Assembly (NCBI GenBank): GCA_018609195.1
Contig: JAHCSE010000001.1
Location: forward strand, 9,559-73,558
DNA length: 64,000 nucleotides
Direction: 5' to 3'
DNA from: Patescibacteria group bacterium
Lineage (GTDB): Bacteria; Patescibacteriota; Minisyncoccia; Minisyncoccales; RBG-13-36-15
A model generated the notes under the pieces. That model made no database searches, was not told the origin of the DNA, and saw only the letters and a program-made list of their open reading frames with translations. Shown here one piece after another: positions 36,589 to 46,304 of this stretch. The position numbers were made by a program, and so were the translations under genes. Each line of letters starts with the position of its first letter. The stretch's first letter is position 1.

Positions 36589-36957
36589 TTAAATAAATAT
36601 TATTTTCCCTAAAACTAAATTTTTATTCACTTGACCAAAATTTTTACTCGATTCTGACCAGGAAACAGTGCCTTCTACAAAATAAAAATTATTTTTTATT
36701 TCTTTCACTTTTTTCACAAATATTTCTTTTCGGTTTTTTGGGTTTTGAAAAACAATAAAATCAGAAACTTTGGGTTTCAACAAATTAGTGGCCAAATACC
36801 TTTTCTCCGGAACTAAATTTGGCCAAGCTGATTCCCCTTCAACTTTTACCAGAAAAATCAATCCCAAAATTTTAGTAAAGTTTATCAGTGATTTCTTTAT
36901 AGGATTTAAATCTCTCTGGGACATTTTTAACCTCATAGAAGATTTTCGCAATTTCAT
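36589..36957 (-). CDS. sodX: SodX-like S26-family peptidase (NiSOD maturation protease); true start probably internal (M8/M12)
   Basis: GESAWPNL resembles the S26 GxSMxP box; immediately downstream of and overlapping sodN. Confidence 0.6.
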   Translation of the reverse strand: MKLRKSSMRLKMSQRDLNPIKKSLINFTKILGLIFLVKVEGESAWPNLVPEKRYLATNLLKPKVSDFIVFQNPKNRKEIFVKKVKEIKNNFYFVEGTVSWSESSKNFGQVNKNLVLGKIIFI

Positions 36958-37345
36958 CTACTGCATCTAATAATTTCTTGGCAGCTGTTTCATTTACTTC
37001 CTGTTTATTTTGAGAGCAAAGTTTTACTGCCTTCCAGAAAAGTTCATGAAGATTAGGAAACTTCTCGAGATGTTCTTCTTTGAAGAAATCAGACCACAAA
37101 ATCTCAAGTTCCTTTTTGCAAAGCTCTGCATGGTCTTCCTTATTTTTGATTCTTCTTGCCACGCTATTGAAATACTGCAAAAGAGAGTCTTTGTCCATAA
37201 TATCTCTTGGTAATTCCAATTCCTTCAATTGTTGAATCATCCTGGCAACGGTTTTCGCAGCAATTTTGGCAGGAGTAGGTTCATAAATTGCACAAGGAAT
37301 ATCACAATGCGCTTGAGCTATAATTTTTGGAAAAAAATTCATCAT
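36872..37345 (-). CDS. sodN: Nickel superoxide dismutase (start at MMNFF; ORF extends to 37435)
   Basis: Propeptide ...IIAQA then Ni-hook HCDIPCAIYEP; ILWSDFFK..HLEKFPNLHEL matches NiSOD core. Confidence 0.85.
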   Translation of the reverse strand: MMNFFPKIIAQAHCDIPCAIYEPTPAKIAAKTVARMIQQLKELELPRDIMDKDSLLQYFNSVARRIKNKEDHAELCKKELEILWSDFFKEEHLEKFPNLHELFWKAVKLCSQNKQEVNETAAKKLLDAVDEIAKIFYEVKNVPERFKSYKEITDKLY

Positions 37346-37375
37346 AATCTTCGATCTATTTAAAGGAAAACTGAC

Positions 37376-37387
37376 CTCGACCTTTCC
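37376..37387 (-). promoter_or_regulatory. AAAGGTCGAG motif (site 3), ~32 nt upstream of sodN
   Basis: CTCGACCTTTCC then hairpin CCCCCCACCACTT...AAGTGGTGGGGGG (37388..37455). Confidence 0.45.
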
Positions 37388-37498
37388 CCCCACCACTTCT
37401 GCACTCGCTTTATGATACTTGTGCCAAAGGCACAAGTAGAAAAGTGGTGGGGGGTTTATCTAAGATTTTTATCATTTTGAATAAAAAAATCAAGTTTT

Positions 37499-38530
37499 TC
37501 AAAAAATCTCTGCGAAAAGTTTATTTGAAAAATAAATAACTTGCCAGAAATCTTTAGAAAATAAATCTTTTAAAGATGGTCTTTCTGGAGAAACGTGGCC
37601 GTACTTTTCAGATATTACTACCGTCTTTTTGCCAGAGTAAATTTCAGAAAGAAAAAGAGAATGAGGAAAAGGAATTAATTGATCCTTTTTTCCATGGAGA
37701 ATAAAGAGAGAGGCTTTAACTTCTGGAACCACGGTTTTTGGCGAGAGCGATTCGAGAATTTCATTGGTATAAGGTGGCAAGTCTCGAAAAAGTTTTTCTA
37801 ACTCTTCTCTCTGTTTGCTTTCCATAATTTTTTCAATAATTATTTTTCCTTCCAGAGTTTTTTCTTCTTCAAAAAATCTTTGAAGATTTTTTTCCACTAC
37901 CTCTTTAATTCTCAATGAAGGATCCCAAGAATTTACCTTTTCTTGATAAACAAAACTTTCAGAAAGCACCTCTTGAATAAGTTGCTTTGCATCAAAGTAT
38001 CCACCACTCCATAAAATGTATTTAACTTTCTCTTGAATCTCAGGATCTGCAGCTGCCAAGAAAGCAAGAGAGGAACCTACGGAAAGACCAAAAAAACCAA
38101 TTGTGCTAGAATCAATATAAGGTTTCTTTTCAAGGAATTGAAAGGCCTCTACAAGATTTTTTATTTCTTTTTTATCAATCAAGGAATCTTTTAAAGCTGA
38201 CGAGTCAACAGTGATAACCACTACTCCATTTTGTACCAATCCTTGAAAAAGTTTTTGTAAATTTTTCTCCTCAGCTCCTTGAGGATGAATACCAAGAGAA
38301 ATAACAACCCCCGGGTGCCTATTGTCATCAGCTGGACGGAAAATATAAAAGGTGGAGTCTTTATCTTTGGGGTAAATTTCTTGAATTACATCTTCTGAAA
38401 GTTCGGTTGCCTCTATTGGTAAAATAGAGAAGAGGAAGCTCAATGTTTTGAATGTCATTCCCAAGGGAGTAGCAACGAAAAGAAAGGTAATTACTGCCAA
38501 AAAAATAAATATTACAATAAAGAGCCTCAT
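37499..38530 (-). CDS. Secreted alpha/beta-hydrolase (dienelactone hydrolase-like)
   Basis: 343 aa; signal/TM; GLSVGS nucleophile elbow. Confidence 0.6.
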   Translation of the reverse strand: MRLFIVIFIFLAVITFLFVATPLGMTFKTLSFLFSILPIEATELSEDVIQEIYPKDKDSTFYIFRPADDNRHPGVVISLGIHPQGAEEKNLQKLFQGLVQNGVVVITVDSSALKDSLIDKKEIKNLVEAFQFLEKKPYIDSSTIGFFGLSVGSSLAFLAAADPEIQEKVKYILWSGGYFDAKQLIQEVLSESFVYQEKVNSWDPSLRIKEVVEKNLQRFFEEEKTLEGKIIIEKIMESKQREELEKLFRDLPPYTNEILESLSPKTVVPEVKASLFILHGKKDQLIPFPHSLFLSEIYSGKKTVVISEKYGHVSPERPSLKDLFSKDFWQVIYFSNKLFAEIF

Positions 38531-38555
38531 TGATTATTCTTAAGTAAATACAAAT

Positions 38556-39476
38556 ATGCCTTGGCTTATTTTTGCAATTTTAGCTTATTTCTTTTTTGCT
38601 ATCAGCGTTTTTATTGATCGATTTTTAATGAAAGGTCCCCTGAAAAGTCCTTTCGCCTACGCCTTTTACGCAGGAGTGTTGACGAGTAGCGCAGTCTTTT
38701 TGCTTTTTTTGGATCTCGTATTTGATTTTTTTGAACCAGTATCTGTCACAACAATCACTCTTGGGCTTCTGGCTGGTTTTTTCGCAGTATGGACCTTATT
38801 GGTCTGGTTTACTTTGGTGTTAAAAGAAGAGGTATCGAGAGCAAGCCCAACGGTAGGGGCAATTCAGCCTATTTTTATAGTTGGAATTTCTTTATTATTC
38901 TTTCTCAAACAGGCCCTCCCTTCTCTTAATGAACTTTCTGCCTTTGTATTATTTTTGATAGGAAGTGTGATAATAATGCAAAAACCTGGAGAATTTCCTT
39001 TATTAAAAAATCACACAGCTCTTTTTATCTTGAGTGCTTTTTATTTTGCCTTTAGCTGGGTGATGCTAAAAACTATTTTTTTGTTAACTAATTTTTGGAC
39101 TGCTCTCTTTCTTTTGGGCGCGGGGGCTGTAATTGGAACAGCAGCCTTGCTTGTATTTCCAGAAACTCGCTCAGATTTAGCTAAAAAAGGTTTGCCAATT
39201 CAAAAAAGGGTTTTTCTCCCTTTTCTGATTGGTAGGGTCACCGGGGCATTGGGAGCAATTTTCCAATTGGTTGCTATCCGTTTTGCAACAATCACCCAGC
39301 TCCCTCTCATTGGAGCATTAACAGGAATTCAGTTTCTCTTTCTTTATGTAATTCTTTTCTTTTTTATCGGTCGATTCCCTCAAATGGAAGAACAAATGAC
39401 AGGTAAAGCCTTTTTCCAAAAACTCGGAGGAGTGGCAATTATTGGCCTTGGATTCTTAGCTTTAACTTTTGGATAA
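38556..39476 (+). CDS. Polytopic membrane protein (about 10 TM; DMT/EamA-like?)
   Basis: 306 aa, hydrophobicity only. Confidence 0.5.
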   Translation: MPWLIFAILAYFFFAISVFIDRFLMKGPLKSPFAYAFYAGVLTSSAVFLLFLDLVFDFFEPVSVTTITLGLLAGFFAVWTLLVWFTLVLKEEVSRASPTVGAIQPIFIVGISLLFFLKQALPSLNELSAFVLFLIGSVIIMQKPGEFPLLKNHTALFILSAFYFAFSWVMLKTIFLLTNFWTALFLLGAGAVIGTAALLVFPETRSDLAKKGLPIQKRVFLPFLIGRVTGALGAIFQLVAIRFATITQLPLIGALTGIQFLFLYVILFFFIGRFPQMEEQMTGKAFFQKLGGVAIIGLGFLALTFG

Positions 39477-39499
39477 TTATTTATGGTGAGCTTGTCGAA

Positions 39500-40279
39500 C
39501 TACTGAACGGTTAATTCTCCTTTCATGCCGTTTGCCCGGTGGCCAGGAACTGAGCAGAAAAAGGTATAAGTTCCGGAGGCTGAAGCAGTAAATTCAATCG
39601 TATCTGTCTTGCCAGAACCAATAGTTTTTGTTCCTACTCCTAATTCAGTAATTTTAAAATTGTGGATAATACTGCCATCGTTCCTGAAAGTTATTTTCAG
39701 TTGATCCCCAGCTGAAACAGTGATGGAAGCTGGGCTAAGACTAAATTCAGTACCACTGACGGTAATCTCTCTCACTATCGATGCTGGAGCAATACTCTTT
39801 GTAACCGTCATTGACTTTACCACAATCTTATCATCAACTTTCACTGGTACATCATCTCCTGGAAACTCATAGATGTCATCTCCATCATCAATATGGATCA
39901 TGGCAAAAAGGAAATTCTCTCCTTCTTGAAGCTCACTTACCACAACAGAAATGTTATTGTAGGTTCCAGATTCAACGAAATCAGAATTCCCAAGAACTTT
40001 CCCTGGTTTTCCATCTTCTGAAAGGTGAATCACAACATAGCCTGGGTCTTTAAAGCTTACCTCTTGGATAGTCACTTGATCTTCTGTAACCTGCTGATCC
40101 TGAACAGTAATCGCAGCCTGGGTTACTGGTGGTAGGAGTACTGTAGGTAGTGCTTCTGGTGGCTGATATCCTCCTTTCAATAGAAAATAGCCACCAATAA
40201 TAACCACCAAAATAATCACTATCACCCCTATCCACTTACACCCGCACATCTTCTCTGATTTACAAATTAGACATTTCAT
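39500..40279 (-). CDS. Membrane-anchored cupredoxin (plastocyanin/azurin-type blue copper protein)
   Basis: C-terminal FFCSVPGHRANGMKG (Cys-x2-His-x4-Met); paralog of 59724..60359. Confidence 0.7.
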   Translation of the reverse strand: MKCLICKSEKMCGCKWIGVIVIILVVIIGGYFLLKGGYQPPEALPTVLLPPVTQAAITVQDQQVTEDQVTIQEVSFKDPGYVVIHLSEDGKPGKVLGNSDFVESGTYNNISVVVSELQEGENFLFAMIHIDDGDDIYEFPGDDVPVKVDDKIVVKSMTVTKSIAPASIVREITVSGTEFSLSPASITVSAGDQLKITFRNDGSIIHNFKITELGVGTKTIGSGKTDTIEFTASASGTYTFFCSVPGHRANGMKGELTVQ

Positions 40280-40310
40280 AATTTTTTATCTTTAATTTTT
40301 TATTTTAAAG

Positions 40311-40322
40311 CTCGACCTTTTA
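40311..40322 (-). promoter_or_regulatory. AAAGGTCGAG motif (site 4), ~37 nt upstream of the cupredoxin
   Basis: CTCGACCTTTTAC. Confidence 0.45.
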
Positions 40323-40377
40323 CATCCTAATTATATTCTAACAAAAATTAAATAATTTCAAATATCCCTGGCCTTTT

Positions 40378-40842
40378 TTATTTTTCCTCAATTCTTTTTA
40401 TTTTTTTAATTCGCCTTTTATGGCGAGGTAATTGGCTAAATTTTGTTTTTAAAAATTTCTTCACAATCTCTCTTGCTTTTTTCTCTCTGATTTCCCAACC
40501 ATCAAGGCATAAAATATTAATGTCATCTTCCTCTCTTAGTTTTTTTGCCTGTAAAGGGGTAAAAGCTTGAGCTGCCCTAATACCTTTGATTTTGTTTGCT
40601 ACAATACATACTCCAGCTCCAGAACCACAAATTAAAATTCCTTTATCTTTTGTTTTAGCCACTTTTTTGGCAACGGGAATTGCAAAGTCTGGGTAGTCAT
40701 CTTTTGGATCAAATTTTGTGTTTCCCAAATCTCTATAATCAATACCTAATTTTTTGAGGTATTTTTTTATTACCTTTTTTAGCTTAAAACCATTATGGTC
40801 AGCTCCCAGAAGAATTTTCATCTCGTTAAAAATTTCTTTCAT
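40378..40842 (-). CDS. rpiB: Ribose-5-phosphate isomerase B
   Basis: 154 aa; ILLGADHNGF...ICGSGAGV. Confidence 0.85.
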   Translation of the reverse strand: MKEIFNEMKILLGADHNGFKLKKVIKKYLKKLGIDYRDLGNTKFDPKDDYPDFAIPVAKKVAKTKDKGILICGSGAGVCIVANKIKGIRAAQAFTPLQAKKLREEDDINILCLDGWEIREKKAREIVKKFLKTKFSQLPRHKRRIKKIKRIEEK

Positions 40843-40858
40843 GTTTTTATTGAACCAA

Positions 40859-41692
40859 TTAACCTATGCACAGCTCTCTCGCTTCCTTCTGAAGTTTTTT
40901 GACAGCCCTTGGCTGAAGGCCAATTATTTGAACTAAATCGTATAATGAATATTTTAATATATCTTTAGCTAACATCAGTTTCTTTTCAGCTAATCTCTGT
41001 CTGGCGTATTTCGTAAGCGAAGGTAAAATCGTAATCGGGTAAAGTCCCTTCTTCTCAATTAAATACTCCAAGCTTTCATCTCTCGGATAGTGCCAACCAA
41101 TGATTTTCAAACCGACACAGCGAGCATAGCCAATTGCCTCACTCGTGCATCTGGTATTCGTTACCAACCAAGCTTGATGAAAATGCTGCCCTTTTTCTCT
41201 GATTTTTTCCCAAGCCTTTTTTATATCTAAAAATCTGGCAAAAGTATACAAAGCTACTTTTATATCAGAACGGCTCCCCCGGCTATTGTGATATTTGCAC
41301 TCAACCATAAAATGCTTTTTTCCTTTCTGGGCAATGACATCAATTTCATGACGAACACAATATCCCCTCACTATTCTTCCTATTTTTGTATTATAACCAT
41401 ATCCTCTTAAAATTTCTGAAACGTATTTTTCAAAAAGAAAACCAGCTGGCCCCAATTTCATAATCGCTCTTTTTAGATTATATCGAGCAGCTAATATGGG
41501 ATTTTCTCTTCTCAGGCATTGCGTAACTTGACTCAAAATCTTTCCCGAACTATCGCCGGGGACAATAGTTCTGGCCACCTCCTGACAAACTTCTTGAGCC
41601 AGTTTTGGCTGAACGCCAACCCGTTTGAGGGAGCTATAGATTTTCTCTTTGCTGAATTTTTCTTTCTCACCTGAAGCTTTGATTATATCCAT
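40859..41692 (-). CDS. ATP-cone domain fused to a PD-(D/E)xK (Mrr-like) restriction-endonuclease domain
   Basis: N-terminal IIKASGEKEKFSKEKIYSSLKRVG (ATP-cone); then HEIDVIA...MVECKYH nuclease motifs. Confidence 0.6.
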   Translation of the reverse strand: MDIIKASGEKEKFSKEKIYSSLKRVGVQPKLAQEVCQEVARTIVPGDSSGKILSQVTQCLRRENPILAARYNLKRAIMKLGPAGFLFEKYVSEILRGYGYNTKIGRIVRGYCVRHEIDVIAQKGKKHFMVECKYHNSRGSRSDIKVALYTFARFLDIKKAWEKIREKGQHFHQAWLVTNTRCTSEAIGYARCVGLKIIGWHYPRDESLEYLIEKKGLYPITILPSLTKYARQRLAEKKLMLAKDILKYSLYDLVQIIGLQPRAVKKLQKEARELCIG

Positions 41693-42405
41693 TATTTATT
41701 TCGGATAGGTGTCTTTTTAATAATAGCAAAAGCCTCTTCTGCTGAATCAACAAGATGAAAAATTTGCAGATCCTTTCTCCTCACTGCTTTTTGTTTTTTG
41801 AAAACCTCGTTTTCAATCCAATGAAATAATGGCTGCCAATACTCTTTGCCAACAGCAACAACAGAAACTTGCTGAGGTAATTTTCTCGTTTGGATTAAAG
41901 TCACCATTTCAAAAAATTCATCCAAAGTACCAAAACCACCAGGAAAAAAGACATAGCCGCAACAAGCAGAAGAAAGCATTACTTTCCGAGTAAAAAAATA
42001 GTGAAAACCAATTGGGCTTTTGACATATTCGTTCATGCTCTGGCCTTCGGGAAGTTGGATGTTAATGCCAACCGATTCTCCCCCGACTTCAAAGGCTCCC
42101 CGATTGGCAGCTTCCATGATTCCGGGCCCCCCGCCAGTCATTACCGCATAACCTGCTTTAGCCAATAATTGAGCTAATTTTCTGGCTTCTTGATAATAAG
42201 GATTTTTGGGAGAAAAGCGAGTTGAGCCAAAAATAGCTACTGATTTTTTAAAATCTGCGATAAACTGAAAACCCTCCACAAATTCAGCCATTATTCTAAA
42301 AATTCTCCACTGGAAGGTCTTTCTAAAATCCTCTTTTACTGGAGGGAGTTCACTTTCTGGCAGACAAATTATTTTTTTTAATTTTGGAACTTTTGATTTT
42401 TTCAT
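41692..42405 (-). CDS. LOG-family (TIGR00730) nucleotide 5'-monophosphate nucleosidase-like protein
   Basis: 237 aa; VAIFGSTR...MTGGGPGIMEAANRGA...PGGFGTLDE. Confidence 0.8.
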   Translation of the reverse strand: MKKSKVPKLKKIICLPESELPPVKEDFRKTFQWRIFRIMAEFVEGFQFIADFKKSVAIFGSTRFSPKNPYYQEARKLAQLLAKAGYAVMTGGGPGIMEAANRGAFEVGGESVGINIQLPEGQSMNEYVKSPIGFHYFFTRKVMLSSACCGYVFFPGGFGTLDEFFEMVTLIQTRKLPQQVSVVAVGKEYWQPLFHWIENEVFKKQKAVRRKDLQIFHLVDSAEEAFAIIKKTPIRNK

Positions 42406-42416
42406 TATTCGTAGGA

Positions 42417-43328
42417 TTATCTCTTCACTTTATGGTGGCCGAATTGTTCTCTGAGAGCGGAAAGGATTTTTCCAGTATAGTTTGGTTTCTTCTGGCTTGA
42501 GACGCGGAATTGAAAAGAATCTTCAATCACTTTCACTTTAATTTTCCATTTTTTAGCTACTTTCACCGTCCACTCCCCTTCCCCGGTATGAGAAACCTTA
42601 CCTGAAACATCTTGAAGATTCTCACCATGTTTTTCAAAGGCTTTTTTTAACCAATCCATTAAGCGAGATTGAATGACGCTGCCGTAATTATAAACATCAG
42701 CCACTCTTTTTAAATCAAGTTTAAAAGGAGCGCTTCGTATCAAATTAAAACCTTCTGCAATTGATTGCATCATTCCATACTCAATCCCGTTGTGAACCAT
42801 TTTCACAAAGTGGCCAGCTCCCACTCCCTCAAAAAATTGAAAACCATTTTTCGTTGCCAAATCTCTAAAAAGGGGTTTTAACTTTTCAAAGTTTCTTTTC
42901 TTCCCTCCAATCATTAAGCAAGCGCCTTTCCGAGCTCCCTCTGGACCTCCTGATACCCCCACATCGAAAAACTCAATTCCTTTCTTAGCAAGTTTTTTTG
43001 ATCTTTTTATTGAATCTAAATAAAAAGAATTGCCTCCATCAATCACTATATCTCCTTTTTTTAAAAAATATATTAAGCCGCCCTTCCTAAATAAAACCTC
43101 ATCTACTGGTTTTCCAGCGGGTATCATTAACCAAATCAATCTTGGAGGAGAAAGTCTTTTTATTAAATCTTCTGGAGAATCAACAGAAATTGCTCTTTTC
43201 TTTGACAATTCTTTTTTCGGTCTAGGATTTTTATCGTAAACAATAACTTTCCAATTTCTTCCCAGTAATCTCAAAGCCATATTTTTCCCCATTTTCCCTA
43301 AACCGATAAGACCTATTTCTTTTTTCAT
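42417..43328 (-). CDS. 6-phosphogluconate dehydrogenase (decarboxylating), short YqeC/Gnd-like form
   Basis: 303 aa; IGLIGLGKMGKNMALRL Rossmann N-terminus. Confidence 0.8.
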   Translation of the reverse strand: MKKEIGLIGLGKMGKNMALRLLGRNWKVIVYDKNPRPKKELSKKRAISVDSPEDLIKRLSPPRLIWLMIPAGKPVDEVLFRKGGLIYFLKKGDIVIDGGNSFYLDSIKRSKKLAKKGIEFFDVGVSGGPEGARKGACLMIGGKKRNFEKLKPLFRDLATKNGFQFFEGVGAGHFVKMVHNGIEYGMMQSIAEGFNLIRSAPFKLDLKRVADVYNYGSVIQSRLMDWLKKAFEKHGENLQDVSGKVSHTGEGEWTVKVAKKWKIKVKVIEDSFQFRVSSQKKPNYTGKILSALREQFGHHKVKR

Positions 43329-43348
43329 ATTTTTTTAATTCTCAAATT

Positions 43349-44602
43349 TTATTTTCGTAAAATTTTCCTGGTCTCTTTTTTATACAATTCAACTCCTGGT
43401 TGGTCAAAGGCATTCACGCGCATCAACTTTGCCAAAAAGATAATTTCTATCATTTTCATTTGAAAGAGCGCTCCCAGACTTCTTTCATCCAATTCTGGCA
43501 AAATTGTCTCGGTAAAAGGGAGTTTTTTCTTGATATAGGCCTTTTTCACTCCCTCAAAAATTGCCAAAGTGAGTTCCCAGATTTTCTTTCCTTCGCTCCC
43601 CGGAAAAAGGAAATCAAGATCTCTATTTGGAGGAATCTGAAAGTCATGATTTAAATTTTTAACAAAAACAAAATTGATTAATTTATCCCTTGGCCCATCA
43701 AAATAAAGTTGAGCTAAAGAGTGAAAGTCAGTAGTGCCAACCGTAACAGTTGGAGTAATACCCTTTTTATCTTTGCCTAAACTTTCTGCCATTAATTGAC
43801 AATACCATCTCCCAAAGAATTCCAAATCCGGGGGAAAGACAAAATTACTATAAATGTTTTTCCCTTCCTTGTAGTGATAAAAAATGATTAAAGCTGAAGC
43901 TAAGGCTGGGTTTTTTAAAGGATTTGCTATCAAACAAATTTTATTTACCTCCTTAGCTCCCGCAAGCAACTCTTTTGGGTCAACCCCTGCCAAGGCTAAG
44001 GGAAAAATGCCAACATTACTCAAAACAGAATATCTCCCAGAAACCTCTTTCGGAATGGAAAGTATGGAGTAATTTCTTTTTTTCGCAAAATCCCAAAGAA
44101 TTGATCCTTCATTAGTGATGACAAAGATTTTAGGTTGATATCTTTTCAGAACTCTCAAAAGAACAAAAAAATTGGCAATGGTCTCAAAAGTCTTGCCTGT
44201 TTTACTCACCAGACAAACTGCAATCTCATCTCTTTTAAGAGGAGCTAATTTCAATTTTGAAATAAGTTCAGAAAAAGAAAGAGGGTTAAGAGTGTCAAGG
44301 AAAAAAATTTCAACTAAATCTGCTTTCTTTCTTTTCAGTGCTTTATAGACTGCCTCCGTCCCCAAACTCGATCCTCCAATTCCTACTACAATAATCAACT
44401 TGAGATTTTTTGGAATTTTTTTTAAAAAAATTGGCTTTTCAGTAGGTAACAATAAAAAACTTTCTGGAAATTTATAATTCTTTTCTTTTAAAATATTTTT
44501 AATCTTTTTCAGATAATTACTAATTTCTCCTTTTTTGTGAAAAAAAGTCAAAGGTACTTGGCTAATTTTTTGGAAGTTAAATTGGAACATGGGTCTCATC
44601 AT
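43349..44602 (-). CDS. pgi: Glucose-6-phosphate isomerase
   Basis: 417 aa; GGRYSVLSNVG, SIS domains. Confidence 0.8.
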   Translation of the reverse strand: MMRPMFQFNFQKISQVPLTFFHKKGEISNYLKKIKNILKEKNYKFPESFLLLPTEKPIFLKKIPKNLKLIIVVGIGGSSLGTEAVYKALKRKKADLVEIFFLDTLNPLSFSELISKLKLAPLKRDEIAVCLVSKTGKTFETIANFFVLLRVLKRYQPKIFVITNEGSILWDFAKKRNYSILSIPKEVSGRYSVLSNVGIFPLALAGVDPKELLAGAKEVNKICLIANPLKNPALASALIIFYHYKEGKNIYSNFVFPPDLEFFGRWYCQLMAESLGKDKKGITPTVTVGTTDFHSLAQLYFDGPRDKLINFVFVKNLNHDFQIPPNRDLDFLFPGSEGKKIWELTLAIFEGVKKAYIKKKLPFTETILPELDERSLGALFQMKMIEIIFLAKLMRVNAFDQPGVELYKKETRKILRK

Positions 44603-46030
44603 TTAAAATTTGCTTTTCGGCCCCTCAGATCCTGGTTTATACATTTTCAAAGGGGAAAGATTTTTTTGCCAACCTTTTAAAATTTGATCAATAAATCGCC
44701 AGCTATTCAGAGTCTCTCCGGTACTGACAAACAAAGTCTGATCACCCAAAAAAGAATCAATTAAAAGTTTTTCATAGGCTTCTAAAAGTTTTGCTTTGGG
44801 ATAGGCTTCTTGATAAATAAAGTGGAAAGTTTTTTTCTCAATTTCCATTTTTGGTCCTGGCTTTTTGACATTAAAACAATAGGATATGCCTTCTTTAGGT
44901 TGAATTTGAAAACATAAAGTATTTTTATAATGTTCTAACTCAGCTGGTGGACAAAAAAGACAAGGAGTGGTTTGTCTAAAAGTGATTAAAATCTCAGCTA
45001 CGTCCTGGTTTAATTTTTTACCACTTTCTAAATAAATAGGGACTCCCTCCCACCTTGGATGATGTAAAAAAGTCTTGATTTTAAAATAAGTCTCTCTCCG
45101 GGAATGGGGTTTAACTCCTGGGATTTCCAAATAGCCCTGGTATTGCCCTCTTACCGTATTCATTTTAATATCTTTTTTCGTCATTTTGGGGAGATATTTC
45201 AAAATCTCCGCTTTTTTTTCTCTAATCTCTTGGGGAGCTAAGTTAGGAGGAGCATCCATTGTGATTAAAGCCAGCATTTGTAAAAGGTGGTTTTGGCCAA
45301 CATCTCGTAAAGCCCCGAGGGGATCATAGAATAATCCTCTCTTTTCCACACCTTCTTTCTCCAAAAGCCTTATTTCAATTTTTTCAATAAAATCTTTGTT
45401 CCAGAGATTCTCAAAAACTGAGTTGGCAAAACGGAAAACTAATAAATTGGAAATCGTCTCTTTGGCTAAATAATGGTCAATTCGGAAAACCTGAATTTCT
45501 TTAAATAATTTGCCTAAAAGTTGATCCAACTTCTGAGCTCTCTCTAAATCTTGGCCAAAAGGCTTTTCCACCAAAACTCGAGTCCACCCTTCCTCAGGAC
45601 TACAAGGTTGCGTCAAACCGGATTTAGCTAAATTTTTAAAAATTATTTCATAATAATTTGGCGGGACAGCCAAATAAAATAATTTATTGGCACAAGTTCG
45701 AAATTTTCCATCAATGTGGCCTAATTTTTTACCTAGTGCAAAATAGCTTTCCATATTTTCAAAAAGCCCTGGTTGGTAGGAGAATTTTTTCAAAAGATCC
45801 TCAACCTTTGGGCTTTTTTTTAATAAATTTTTTCTTAACCAACCTTGATATTCTTTTTCTGTAAAATTTTCTTTTGCAAAACCAATAACTTGAAACATCT
45901 TTGGCAGAAAACCAGTTTGAGACAAATGCAAAATGCTTGGGAGTAATTTCCTTTCCATCAAATCTCCAGTGGCTCCAAAAATTATTAAAATCGTTGGGAA
46001 ATTTTCTAATTTCCTTTCAAGATTTTTCAT
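44603..46030 (-). CDS. zwf: Glucose-6-phosphate 1-dehydrogenase
   Basis: 475 aa; FGATGDL, RIDHYLAKE. Confidence 0.9.
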   Translation of the reverse strand: MKNLERKLENFPTILIIFGATGDLMERKLLPSILHLSQTGFLPKMFQVIGFAKENFTEKEYQGWLRKNLLKKSPKVEDLLKKFSYQPGLFENMESYFALGKKLGHIDGKFRTCANKLFYLAVPPNYYEIIFKNLAKSGLTQPCSPEEGWTRVLVEKPFGQDLERAQKLDQLLGKLFKEIQVFRIDHYLAKETISNLLVFRFANSVFENLWNKDFIEKIEIRLLEKEGVEKRGLFYDPLGALRDVGQNHLLQMLALITMDAPPNLAPQEIREKKAEILKYLPKMTKKDIKMNTVRGQYQGYLEIPGVKPHSRRETYFKIKTFLHHPRWEGVPIYLESGKKLNQDVAEILITFRQTTPCLFCPPAELEHYKNTLCFQIQPKEGISYCFNVKKPGPKMEIEKKTFHFIYQEAYPKAKLLEAYEKLLIDSFLGDQTLFVSTGETLNSWRFIDQILKGWQKNLSPLKMYKPGSEGPKSKF

Positions 46031-46304
46031 AGATACTTAAGTTCTTTTACGTATGTGAGCCAGGGTTTTATCTCCACTGTCACCTGCTTTCCAGCGAATT
46101 CGTTTCGCTTCATATCTTCTAAAATCTCAGTATTTATCTCGCATTCTTTGCATTCACTCTTTATTGTAATGCCGAATTTACTTCCTGCCCAGCACCAGAG
46201 CGAAGCTCGGTGCTGGGCTAGTCCCGCACCGAAACAAAGTTTCTGGTGCGGGGCCCAGAGATACATTGTAATTTTTACTGATTTCATATTCTAATCCGGA
46301 GTTT

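Noticed and set aside
46027-46287. 86-aa ORF upstream of zwf
   Set aside because: Its N-terminal third is encoded by two GC-rich hairpins and it overlaps the zwf start. It is probably non-coding spacer with terminator and promoter.
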